The position numbers were made by a program, and so were the translations under genes. Below the pieces are notes generated by a model. The model had not been told where the DNA came from and did not search any database. It saw nothing but the letters and a program-made list of their open reading frames with translations. A DNA stretch of 64,000 nucleotides from Lepidodermella squamata (lineage: Eukaryota > Animalia > Gastrotricha): contig JBLDXI010000024.1 of NCBI GenBank assembly GCA_047495785.1, positions 682,001 through 746,000 on the forward strand, read 5' to 3'. Of this stretch, positions 11,378 to 26,158 are shown piece after piece. Within the stretch, counting starts at the first letter, position 1. Each line of letters opens with the position of its first letter.

Positions 11378-14300
11378 CTAGTTGGTTTTCTTCTTTTTCG
11401 AGGAATGGCGAGTGCGTCCCTCCTTCAGTCGGCCATAGCCTGCTATGAACTGCAGAATCCGGTCGACCACCAATGAAAGCACAAGATCTGTCAACATTGT
11501 CTTCAGAATGATGCTTTGCACCTGGAAAAACATAATTAAATCCAAATTTTGCGGCTATAATTGCCTATATACCTCTGGAGCGAGGTCAATAAGTTCAGCT
11601 TGAGCAGCTAAATCAGGCAAAAAGCCAGTCGCCAGGAGAACTAGAGTGCCCATAGCACCGACAATCGACACCAATAGAGGCCGGTTGGCCATGAGCGGTT
11701 CCATGAAAGGTTCTCCCTTGTAGTTGACGGCAAACGTCACAACTTGCATGTAGACCGAGATTAAATAAACGATAGAGTTAACAATATTCGGCTCGAATTT
11801 CACATGCTCCTCCTCAGTCGAGGTAGCAGTCGTGTTTCCTGACAACGTCGAGTTTAGATCTGTCAGATTTGTCAAAGCGTTGGTTTCATTTCCAGTCGCA
11901 GCCAGGCTTAGATCGGTTAAATTAGTTGAATTTAAAGCTTCAGTAACATTGGCAGCGGCGATTGTCGAGTTCTTCGGCGGCATCAAACTCTCGGCCAGCG
12001 TTGTCAGGGTGTAGAGCGAGTAGAAGTGAACGGCGAATTGGGATAAAACCGTAGCGAGCGTGTAGAAATTGAAGATGTTGGGCAGTGGGCGCTTTTTCGA
12101 CAGCGTAGTCAAAGGACGCGAACGTGCGATGAACAAAAAGCACGCGGCCAAGAACAAGCCCTGAGCCGTGGCTTGACCGTCGCTGTAGCGAACGCCACTC
12201 AAGTAGAGCGCAGACTGACTGTAGGCCAGAACAAGGGCATTGACGGCCAAAATTTTGAACATTTGCAGGGTAGTAACCAAAGTGCAACGGCCCTTAAATA
12301 AAGGGAAAACTTTAAAAAAAAATCACCCTTAAAGCAATTTTTTATCCTACCTGTTTGATAACCTGGCAAACCGATCTAACAGACGATAGCTTTGAAGTGA
12401 ATGGAGCTGCGACGGAAGCATCGCCGAGTCGAACAATTTGAGCCCGTTCTTCCGCCTCCATTTCAGCCGCTAGATCAGCCATAGCCTTTTGAAGCCGCTC
12501 AGACTGCTGGCCATTCGCGCCTGGAGGCAGGGCGATGTTCCCGAAAGGCCCTGGAATTACAGCAGGAGCTTGACCTGGCTTATTCCGGCCGCCCTGTTGC
12601 GGCTGCTGGGGCGGGAAAACACCACCGGTTTTCGGGGCAGATTCGTGTTTCAACAAGGAGCGAGACAACAAGGCGATACCAACATGGGCGTGCTTCAACG
12701 CAGCAACGTCATTAGTACCATCACCACACATTAAGGTGGTGTATCCAGCGGCTTTCAACGCATTAACAACTCGTTCTTTCTGCTTCGGATCAACTCGAGC
12801 GTAAATTCGAACGCGGGTCAAAATTTTGCGGTAGAGAGCGGCGTGGTTTTCGGTAAACGCGTTCATCACATCACCGGTCATGCAGAAATCGTAGTCGGTA
12901 TCGACAATTTCAGTGAGTGGCACTGTTGTTTTGCCGTCAACGCTTTTCCAAACCAAATTGTGAGAATCGCCGTTAGCAGATCCGTTCGAATGGCTGGTAC
13001 CAGGGCTCAAAATCAACACCTCAGAATCGGTAAAACCAGTCTCTTTCGCGACATGGCATGCAGTGAGCGGATTGTCACCGGTAATCATGACCAGGTGATG
13101 CGAGCTTTTCTTGATCTCACGAATCGCACCAGCTGTGTCAGGTTTCAACGGGCATGAGACGATGAGGAAACCGGCAAATACTAAATTGCTTTCAACAGAG
13201 CTGCGATCCGCCTTAGCCATCGGGACTGGGTCAGCTCGGCCTAAATCCCGGTAAGCCAATGCCAGAACACGACTACCATTTCGGCTGTAACTCGAGCAAA
13301 TTTCATCGTAACCACTCGGAACTTGGACCAACAAGCCGCGAATAACTTCAGGTGCGCCTTTGGTGCAAACCTGGAAGTCGGTTTCCATCGACCCGGTCGA
13401 GGTATGACCGGCAATAACTGTCATGCGTTTCAGGGTAGGACTGAAATGGAAACGGTGATAAATTTTAAAGCCATGGGTGCGGCTTTTCAGCAATTTCGGC
13501 GGCACGACGCAATCTTGTTTAGTCACAGTCCATCCAGCGGCTTGTAAAACGGCCTTTTCCAGAGGATCTCCGACCAGTTCTTCATCAACATTGGCTAAAG
13601 AGTGGCACGAGGCGAGAACGTGAACAGTTTCGAGTGGAGCCTCAGTCACGTCAATGAGTTTTGCCGAATTATCTATACCAGTAACGCCCTCAACAACCAA
13701 TTGCTCAGAGGTTAAAGTGCCAGTTTTGTCAAAGCAACACTGAAAATTTAACTCTTTAATAACCGAGAAATAGAATGGCGAAGTCAACTTACCACATCAA
13801 CTTTCCCGGCAAATGGAATCCTGAATGGTTCCGTGCAAAAAATAGCCATTCTGGCTAGAGCCACGAGTGAATTGTTGACTGCCAGTGACAATTCGATCGG
13901 CAATTCAGGTGGAATGACTGAAGTTAAAATGAGCGAACACTCCAGCAGCAGCTTATAACGGCTTCGTTTCGGGTCCTCACTGCCCTTGATCCACACGTAA
14001 GCAGCGGCAGCAACCGCGAAAATCAGTAAGAACAAAATGAAACCAAACGTTTCAAGATTGTTAGCAGTAACTCGCTTCACACCGAATAAGATAGTCTTCA
14101 GCAATTTTCCTTGACTTGTCGAAAAACCGGTATGGATTACATAAGCCAGACATGAATTGTCCGGGCTTTTGATGCCCTGGCCAGTGCGGCGAGCGTCGCC
14201 CGGCGGCGGTGTGTGTTGCACAATCCTTGTTCCGCCGAATAAAATGTTCGCCTTATCCACCTCAACGTCAAGTTTGTGATCAGGTTCAAGACCGTCGATT

Positions 14301-15256
14301 GATTCTTTCACAACCGGGGTCGATTCGCCGGTTAGCAACGCTTCATCAACAACAGCGGTTCCTTTCAAAATCACCATATCGCAAGGAACTAGTAAGGTTT
14401 CATCGGCAGACCGGCCGATAGATACGATATCACCCGGTAGCAGGGAATCGGTCGATTCTTTCGCCCAGCGACCGCATCGATACACGTTGATCATGTATGG
14501 TTTATTGCCCATTTTTCGAATTTCTGTCATGTTTCGGATTTGCTGGCGCACAACGATGACTTCAAATAGGACAAGCATGAACAGTGTGAAGAGCGAGTAG
14601 TACCAGTACTCGTCGAGGCACCACAGACCCACGCAGAAGACTTGAAAGACGAAAAACGGCGCAGTTGCCCTTTCGGTGAACAACTCGCCGAACTGCGGGA
14701 TATCCATGTCCAGACGATTTCCCTCGTAATCCAATTTCGCATTAGGTAGGCTAATTTCATGCAAACCCTTCGCCGCAACGTAGTCAGAAATCTGGAGATT
14801 GGACGGGTAGGAGGTTGTTACGAATGTATTCGACTCGGTAATGTATTTATAACGCAGTTTTTGAAAGTAAAACCAATATTCGAGATGGCCAGCCGAATTT
14901 TGATCCGTCGAAACCATTCGCCGATGCAGCCGAACAAGAGCCTCTTGGCCGTTGTTAGCGGTAGGTTGGACCATAACGCAATCGGCCTGTTGCACCGAAT
15001 TAACGGAGCGGCATGTCAGTAAGCATCGAATTCGCACCGACCAGTAGCAGGAGAGAGCGGTGAGGATATGCAAAATAGTTATGATAACCATGCCGGTGAC
15101 ACCCATTTCCCACCACTCGGCGAACTCAGTCAGCGAGACCATCCAAACGGCGAACCATAGCACGTAGGCGCTGAGGAATGGTGCCGCATAAACATGCAAG
15201 AACAACGGCCGTTCGACATACAGACGGATTGCCTCAATCTCGTCTGACAACGGCAT
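11378..15256 (-). CDS. ATP13A1: P5A-type ATPase (ER transmembrane-helix dislocase, Spf1 orthologue), 4 exons
   Basis: Motifs LTGES, PPELP, CCFDKTGTLT, KGAPE, MITGDNPLTA and MCGDGTNDV. GT-AG introns at about 13740-13792, 12293-12350 and 11522-11572. The C-terminus KKKKTN* is a KKxx ER-retrieval signal. Confidence 0.96.
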
Positions 15257-15369
15257 ACTTATTTATTTAGCAAACAAACAAAAATCTACTGTGAAAAATT
15301 GAGTAAATTTATTTTCAGACCGTGTTTGGTTAGTGAGAAAAAAGCAGGTTAAAATCTCCACCTTAAAAA

Positions 15370-16762
15370 TCACGCACTCAAGGCGCGAACAACGCGGTTC
15401 GCAAAGAATACGCCGATGAACACGGCGATAAATAGCGATCCAAAAGCCATAGAATACCCGCATAATTCCGAGATAATTGCGAAAATCGGGCTAGCAGTTG
15501 ATACTGCTAATATTGTGGTAATCGTCCACAAGAATTCGAACCTGAATAACTTTGATCGAATCATCAAGTTTTCGTTGAAGCATTTCTTAGCAATATTTTC
15601 AATCCAGCATTCGATGCCAGTGAGATAAAATCCAGCAATTGAAAACGCGAATAGCGCCATTACATTGAGGTAGGACAGATAAAGGAGTAAAAGTCCAGCA
15701 AAGGCGCAAAGAAATGAGGACACCACCTGGGTGCTCGATAAAATCCATCGTAGCCGCGAGGCAATCACAGCAAATAGGTAGAAAAAGCCTTGGAGTAATA
15801 TAGCATATGGATATGGAAGGTATTTCTCGTCGACTAGAAAATACACAGCCCACATTTCCACGGATATTTTCACGAAACAGATCGCCCATTGAGATACCAA
15901 CAAATTTGAATAAAACTGACGATTTCTCATCGAGACAACGCCCCCTTCGACTGTTTTCTCCACGGAGGAAATGTCGCAAGATCCTGAATCATGGGTAAAA
16001 CAGCTGCATATGTATGGAATTACTGACACTACAATAGCTCGTTTAGCGAGCAGAGACATCACTGTAGGAGCTTCGGTCCATAAATCCAATTGCTGATACT
16101 GAAAGATTTTTCAAATGAGATGGCAAGTTTACTTATTAAGCAAATTCAAACCGCAATAATCATTCCAGTGATAGCCCCCACGAACGGAAATATTTGGAAT
16201 ATGTCGATTAGCGTTTTCGAAAATTGAACATCTCCCTTCCAAAAGTTATGAACTGATTTCTTCATGAATCCCGCTACTAAACCTTGCCACAGGGCGCAGT
16301 ATATCAGCTCTAGTCCGCCCCAGCCCTGCGTTTCAATATTGAAAATCCAGCCTAATTCTGACTTTGAAACTTACGCAGAAGAATATCGTGAACATCGCAG
16401 GAAGAGAGAATGCGCAATTTGGAAACATTTTATAAAGCTTTTCAGCGATGAATTTTTCAGAAATTAAAGCAGTGAATAGGAAGACGAAATCAGCAAAGCC
16501 TAGTGAGATCATGGTATCGAATCCGTACTGGTTTATCAAAACCCATTTATACTAAAATTGTAAGTGAATAAAGTATTGATGCCCTTTAGCTGTAAAATGC
16601 TCACCACAGCACGAATAGCAGGAAAAACAAACGGTACAATGTATACCCAGGCAAGAAGAAAAGTTATTCCAAGTTTATAAACCGGCTGTTTAATAATAAT
16701 GAGGCTGTTTCATCAAAAATCATTAAAAAATGACTTACCTGCCATAGCGAAATAATACCCAT
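15370..16762 (-). CDS. Divergent multi-pass MFS-like transporter, multi-exon
   Basis: Short exons joined by about 50-nt GT-AG introns (MGIISLWQ|PVYKLGITFLLAWVYIVPF...|YKWVLINQYGFDT...) lead into the 239-aa hydrophobic ORF. Many TM segments; C-terminal 'STASPIFAIISELCGYSMAF' resembles MFS TM11-12. Confidence 0.65.
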
Positions 16763-17135
16763 TTTCGATTAAAAAATATCTAAAGAAATAGAACAACAAT
16801 TATAATTGCAAACAAATTTTGGCGGGTCTGCCAAATAATTTCATAACCCGGAATATCATTTGCATAGAGGCTTTGTCACAAGCTGAGATATACATGGCTT
16901 TGGTACAGAAGATCAAACGGGGATAACACAAAATATCAGGTACAAACCATACAAAATTACACCTGCTAAATATTGCATACAAACATTTCTCAAATTTTGG
17001 TCAAACATTCGATAATAATGTGGATTATAAAATCCACTGCGCTATTCGAAGTCATGATCACACAACCGAGTCAACTGAGACTATCGCAAAACAAATGAGC
17101 ATGTTAAACACAAATGAAGTTCATCGGAACGTAGG

Positions 17136-18809
17136 CTAGCGACCAAGCGATTTTGTCTGGCCTTGGCTGAAAATGCCAGGATAGAAAAACAGAGGTAGAG
17201 TCGAGGCGACAGCTGATAGAATTATGCACAGCAAGAAAGCCGTGTCCCAGCCACCAATCATCAGCATGATGCTGAAAAACGGGCCTTCTAAAACAGCGCC
17301 CATAGTTCCAATCCCATTGATGAATCCGATAACGCTGCCGGGTGCGCCCAAACTATCCCCAATTTCGGCGGCGATAGGTCCAGCTGTTAAACAAAAACAT
17401 CCTTTAAATAGTTATTTACTCTTTAAAAATCGACTCTCTTACATAGTAACGAATCAGCGCCGCAGTTAAGGAAACCAATTATACTAAGCCATAAAATTGC
17501 ATGAACAATGTGGTAACAGTAGGTATGAAATAGCTTGATAGCAACAGCGGTGAGTATGTTTGCTAGCAACACGCATAAAACGGCCCGCCGACAAAGAAGC
17601 CTGCAAGGAATAGCATAGAAAAACCGATCCCTTCGAAAGGAAATGACATACTTATCCGTAATCAGACCGAGAGCAAGGCTACCGAGAATTCCGCCACCTT
17701 CGAAAGCAATGGATATCAAACCCGAGTCAAGTTGAGCGTATAAAATCTGCAATCAAAACAAAATTTTCAAGTTTACTGTCTAATAAAAAATTTATAACTC
17801 TACCTCGTCAAGCAGAAAATATGGAACCCACATGTACATCGTAAATCTCACAAGTCGGACGACGAACATTGAAGCGGAAATCGTTAACACGCTCCTATTA
17901 GAGCACAGCTCAAAAGCCGATCCCACCGACGATGTCACTGCTGAGTATCTATTCGAACCTAACAATAAATAGCATACATGCATGCTCAGCCAATAACGTT
18001 GAAATTACCTAATCCAGAGATCGGCTTATCGCCATCTGGACATTCTTTGAAGAAAAACAAAGCTAGAAAGCCAACGACAGCCTAGATGAATATTATTCAA
18101 ATAACTTCATCAACAAGCTGGTACCGCAAAATTACGCATATTATTCCAGGAACCAAGTAAACATGAGTCCAGCCATAAGTATATTGCATATGAATCGTCG
18201 TTATTGTTCCAGCTATGCCACCAATGAATGAGGCGCTAGTCAGTACGCCCAAAATAGTACTGCGATATTCGCCGGGAAAGTTTTGGACAAGAACTCGAGA
18301 AATGATTGGCCAGAGAGGAGCTTGGCATATACCGAGAAGCATCAACATGACAAAGAATATTCCGAAATTATTGAAACCAGGGAATATCAAAGCCTACATT
18401 CGAAAGAATAAGAGATAACTTTTATTATTGGAAAGAAACTTACCAATGGCAACGAAGACATCAGCATCAGGGAACATAAAAATTGCCGAGAATTTTTGCG
18501 ATCGCCAAGGTAACCAAGAAAAATCTAAGGTACATCACGATACTAATAACTTGAAAAATTCACAGTCAAGGCACCCACCTGTCCGATCGCAAACGGCAGG
18601 AGAAAGGCAAAATCAATGAGACCCAGCTGCAGAGTTGAAAACTCATTGTCGAAGTCTAAATCAGCTTTGATCTATCAAATGAGGAAAAATAAACATTGCA
18701 TGGCACAAATCAATGCATCCCTTACCAATGACATAGGCTTGCGAATGATGTGAATAGACGCATACGCCAGCCATCCGATCAAAAACAAGGCGATTCGATT
18801 AAAATCCAT
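17136..18809 (-). CDS. MFS sugar-phosphate/phosphate exchanger (SLC37/GlpT-UhpT family), multi-exon
   Basis: N-terminus MDFNRIALFLIGWLAYASIHIIRKPMSL; motifs 'GICQAPLWP', 'YRSTILG', 'VRFTMYMWVPYFL', 'FEGGGILGSLALGLITD' and 'GFINGIGTMGAVLEGP' are typical of OPA-family antiporters. Confidence 0.85.
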
Positions 18810-19633
18810 GCCTAAAATCACCTATCATCGATTGCGAATTGAAAAATACAGTTGTTTTCGCCCAAGCAGATTAGGCTAAAAGGGAGGCTATTGCATACAT
18901 CATGTCAACGCTTATTAAGTGGATGGACCGTTTTCGTTCGGTAAATAATTAGTCCCCAGCTTACCAGAAGTGCTTATTATTATCTTTATTACTGCTGGGT
19001 GTAAAGTTGAACTGAAAATATATTGCAGCGAAAAAGAGGCAGGGAGCAGGGATCAACTGATTGTATCGAATCTCTCGGTTTGAAACAACAAGGGCTCCAT
19101 CAAACGGGTAAAAATTGCACGCAAAAAACACTGTAATGAAGCGGCTTTTTTCAGTATAAATTATTAAACGAGGCATAATTTGTAAGATTCTGCTTTCTAC
19201 TGGAAATGGGGTTCCATTCAGATTTAAAAGGGATTGTAGAATGGCACGCATTCAAAATTGCCTGAACCAGTGCACAGTGCACTATGAAACGACAACGACC
19301 TTTTTATGGCATTCACATGCATATACTTAAGTTTCTTCGAAGATGTTTCCAATGTTTACAAGCCCAATGGCGATTTTATGACGAGACGCAAGACTTGAAA
19401 TGAAACTGGAGTTCTCGACACCGGTCAACGCTAGGTCTGGAGCATGTTCAACCAACCCGGAAGGCTTTCACTAGTGAAAGTCTGCATGAAGAAGCCGCAG
19501 TTCTCGTCTACCTTGCCCTTTGAGAAATGTCAAACGTCAAAACGTCAAACCAGAAAAAAACCGTTCCGGCCCGGTGGATTTGAATTTTTACACCTTTTTA
19601 ATCATGACAATAATTAATTATCATTTATATTAT

Positions 19634-19658
19634 CACGTGACTATAACACTGTCACGTG
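19634..19658. promoter_or_regulatory. Paired E-boxes (CACGTG twice, TCACGTGAC/GTCACGTG) in the divergent spacer between the SLC37-like gene and TPI
   Basis: CACGTG at 19634-19639 and 19653-19658, arranged as an inverted repeat and followed by TATAAAATAAA. Confidence 0.4.
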
Positions 19659-20258
19659 TTATAAAATAAAAACAGCATTGCCGCGCGATAATCAAGGGTT
19701 AGATCTTGCATGGACGGGGTGTAATCTGCCGGGTTTTTCTAGGGCGGCGATCAGCTGTTGTTTTGCCTGGGCTGAATCTGGGCTAACCTGGACTATTTGG
19801 GCTAAATCCGAAGTCCTAAAGGCCTGCATAATCAGTTTCCGATTCCAAATTCAGAAAACGCGCTCAGGTCTTGCGGTAAGGGAGCAACGTTTATCCACTA
19901 AAGCGCCAACCATTTGATAGTTAAATCTACCATATACGATGGGCCCGGATAGGCAGATCGGATATTTGAGATTCCAAGACCTCCGCGGTAGCGAAGCCGG
20001 CTGTATTTTTATATATATGTCAAATATTGCACTCGGACAAGAACAAGAGGGATTCGTTGCCGGGGACCAGGGGACGGTGACCAGCTGACTACCCTAAAAC
20101 TACGAGTTTTTCATTTTGTTGAGCTGGTTCTGTGAGAGTATGAGCACTTGGTATTTCGTTTGCATTACTATCAACTATCACTATGACTTGATGTACTTGC
20201 TCGTATAATCACAATGCTCCATTATTTCATAGATTTAATAGCAATTTATAATAACACA

Positions 20259-21061
<803 letters not shown>

Positions 21062-21385
21062 CTCATCTGAAGTCTTTGGAAAGCTTGAAAGCTGCCTAAA
21101 CAGTTGAACAGAACTTATATTTTTGTTTTTCGACTTCCCAAGTCAGTGCTATTGTTACCAAATTATTTAAATCATGATATATTCATCACGTGCTGTGTTG
21201 CCTACCACTTCCTTCATAGAAGGTGTTTTCTCACGAGCCGGTTATATATGAAACTCTGAGTCAATTATAAGATATTCGCCCTTGTAGTGGGAGATTTTCA
21301 CAACATCTTTCAAGATCCAGTAAAGTCGAATTGTGCGTGTCAATTGAAGGCTGAGAAATTATTTTGCATTAATTAGGATTATTAA

Positions 21386-23950
21386 ATGGAGGCCGTCAAG
21401 GAAGTTTCATCCGACGCGGTTTCTTCAGAGCAAGATCGGTCATTATCATGGGGTGAACTCAAATCTTGTTTCTGGCTGTGCCCGATGTGCAAATTATGTA
21501 TTCGCTCTCCGAAAGTTCTTCCATGCCTTCATTCACTTTGCTTGGAATGTCTTGAAAAGCACGTTTCAGATAAACAAGCTGGTACGTTTAGCTTATGACA
21601 GTCTTAAGACTATATAACATGTTTCGCTTAGTTTGCGGTGGACGATTCAAGTGCCCAGTGTGTAAAACTCTTGCAATTCTGCCGCAGAATGGAGTGATTG
21701 CGTTCGCCAATAATGTCTACATCGAGCAGCTGCAACAATCAAACAAAAGAGTTATTGATAAATTTGGAGATCGCTCAATCGAATCGTGCAGTTGTAGTTT
21801 ATGCAGCGAGTATCGAAAGAATCGAAAAACTGTCATGGATCGAGAGCAAAGCCAAAAAGAAAATATTCAGACTGGCGACAATGATAGCCCTGAGAGTTTA
21901 CTTGAAATTGGGTCGAAATACCAACTGGAGGAATGCATTTATCATTCTGGCGAGCATTTGCTGTACTTCTGCGTTGATTGTCAACAATCGGCCTGTCGAC
22001 TTTGTGTCGAGCTCCGTCATCGCGACCACCGATTCGAACCGTTGGCTTTGGCTGCAGAAAACGCCAGATCATTACTGAAAACTACTCATGAAGTTCTTGC
22101 TGTTCGGCAGCAATCAAATGCGAAATTCCTGAAAAAATTGGAAGACTATTCCGAAGATCTTCGCAGTCAGCGAGCGAAGACTTTGAATGATGTTGAAGTT
22201 TACGTCAAGGTATGATTCTAATCACGTTTATATCTGCTATTATTTGGCTCTTTTTTTTTAGCAAATGCATGATATTTTGGACCGAGTGAAGGAGCGAATG
22301 GTTGCCGATATTGACAATTTGTATACATCGGAGAGCGTTGCTGTAGGAAAACTGTGCGAAGAGCTGGAACTCTCTCAGCAGCAACTACAAGGTGTTTCCG
22401 GTTTCTTAGAGGCTCATCAAGGCCACGACCCCTCCGAATTGATTCAGCAGCGATTTTTAATCACTGATCGGATAAATCAGTTATATGCAGCTGAGCAAAG
22501 GGCTAATTTCCCGCTTAGCATTTCATTTTTAGCCGCGATTTCGGGCATGTCCAAAGACGAATCTTGGCTTAATAGAGCTGAGGTCGCACTGAAAAACTGC
22601 GTTGGAAGCATCGTTTCCAACCGAAATATGGCTATCGATTTTGTTCGAAATCAAACGGCGGTTCGAGGCGAGGTGAACAAGGCAGTTATGCTGGCCGCTT
22701 TCACGTTAACTCTACCCGTAAATACCTCACATGAAACAATCTATCTAGCCGAAAAAACGCGCCGTCAGTCAGTTTCAACCCGACCGAACAGCACTCAGCC
22801 ACCGGTTTCGAGTTCCGGCAGTGAAATCGCGTTGACCCGACATCTCCATCCATCGATTTCTGTCGATCCTTACGGTTATGTTCTGTCACTAGACCGATCT
22901 ACTGGGACGGTGGCGCGTTATTTCGGAGGCTGCGATATCGCTAGACGCGTTTATTACTTTCCCACGGATAAATGCCGGCCTTTGAGAATCTGCTGCGTTG
23001 GATCAACAGGTGGTTTTGCCTATGTCGACGCTTTTTCACCAGCCGCTAGCGCTCAGGCGTTTTCGCTGAGGTTTGTGCCGAGGACTGGCGATCGTTTCGA
23101 CTTGATTCTACCCCTTGATCGTTCGCTTTTCTCCGGATCTGAGACAGACGTAGCTTTGCCGGATAAAATTCCAGCGATTTGCTCGGACCAGAACTCGAAT
23201 ATTTACATTCTTGATATCGACGGCGACGGTAAAGCTGTGATCATTGCGTACTCAATGAGTTTCGGATCAGTCCGTCGTATTCTTCTGGAAACCTCCCGGG
23301 GTAGTAACGACAATGTCGTAGGGGGCATGCACCGACAGACCGGTAGGCGATATTCCGTTGTTGCCCCGCCTCCAGTGAATAGCCGTAGGTCAAATTTATC
23401 GAATCTAAGCGATACGGCCGAGGAAATTCCCGACACGCCGTTATCAGCTTCAGGCAATGAATCGCCCGTAAAAGGCGTTGTTAGCGCCGATTTCGGTTCC
23501 TACATCGCCTGTTGTCCTCATTGCACGGGTACTCGAGATGTTGTTCAGCCAGCGTCGTCGACCACTTCTTGTCCTGGAATTTTCGCTGTGGTCGATACAT
23601 GGCGAAATTGCGTGAAAATGTATGACATTTTCGGAGCCTTCATATGCGAACTCGTTGTTCCAAGCCCTCTCGAAAAAATTTCAACCCCAAGAGGTGTTGC
23701 TTTTGATAACCAAGGGAATCTGATTTTATGCGACCAGGGTAATAACCGTTTGCTACTTTTCGACCACACTGGCCGTCGGCTGCGTGGAATTTTAGCCGCT
23801 GGACCGCCGGCTCTCGAGGCATTGCGCCGACCGTCTGATGTCGTCGCGATTCCAGGCCGGTTCCAATGTTTGGTGGCAGAGGAAACCACAGTTGTTGCCA
23901 AATTATTTGATTACTCGACTCTTGTTTCTCTACACACTCCAGCCAAATAG
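21386..23950 (+). CDS. TRIM-NHL E3 ubiquitin ligase (RING, B-box2, coiled coil, NHL repeats; TRIM2/3/71-like), 3 exons
   Basis: RING CPMC...LPCLHSLCLEC...CPVC split by an intron at about 21582-21631; B-box CIYH...FCVDC..ACRLC...HRDH; second intron about 22211-22261; NHL 'TPRGVAFDNQGNLILCDQGNNRLLLFD'. Confidence 0.9.
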
Positions 23951-23997
23951 AGCTGATCTGCACATATTGAAGCTGTGATATTTTCATGTTTGACTGA

Positions 23998-25712
<1,715 letters not shown>

Positions 25713-26158
25713 TTCCTGCGTGCTTTAACTTGAAACATAGTGTATTTATTTTAAGATTTTAAGATTTTAATTTATTATAGAGTAAAACTGAACTTCTTTC
25801 TTGAATCTTTTTGTTGCTATTTTGCGTATAATAAACATGCCAATCCCTGTGTTCTATTTGCATGCTTAGTTAACGATCTCGTTTCTAGCAATTGACGACA
25901 AATGACAAAAAAGTTGTGCCTTTACTCACTGATTATTATACTCGATTTTTCTCTGATTGAAGAATAAATATTGTACACAAAATTATTGTTTATTATTCAT
26001 ATTATTTCATCAAAAATACTGCATAAAAGCAAGAAAAGGACTGCCACCTTTCGTACCACGAAACGCAGGAGGAAGTTACATTTACCATAGAGCATAGCAA
26101 GCAACGTTTGATTTCAACACAAGTTCAACACATCGAAGTAAACGAAACAAAAATTATC

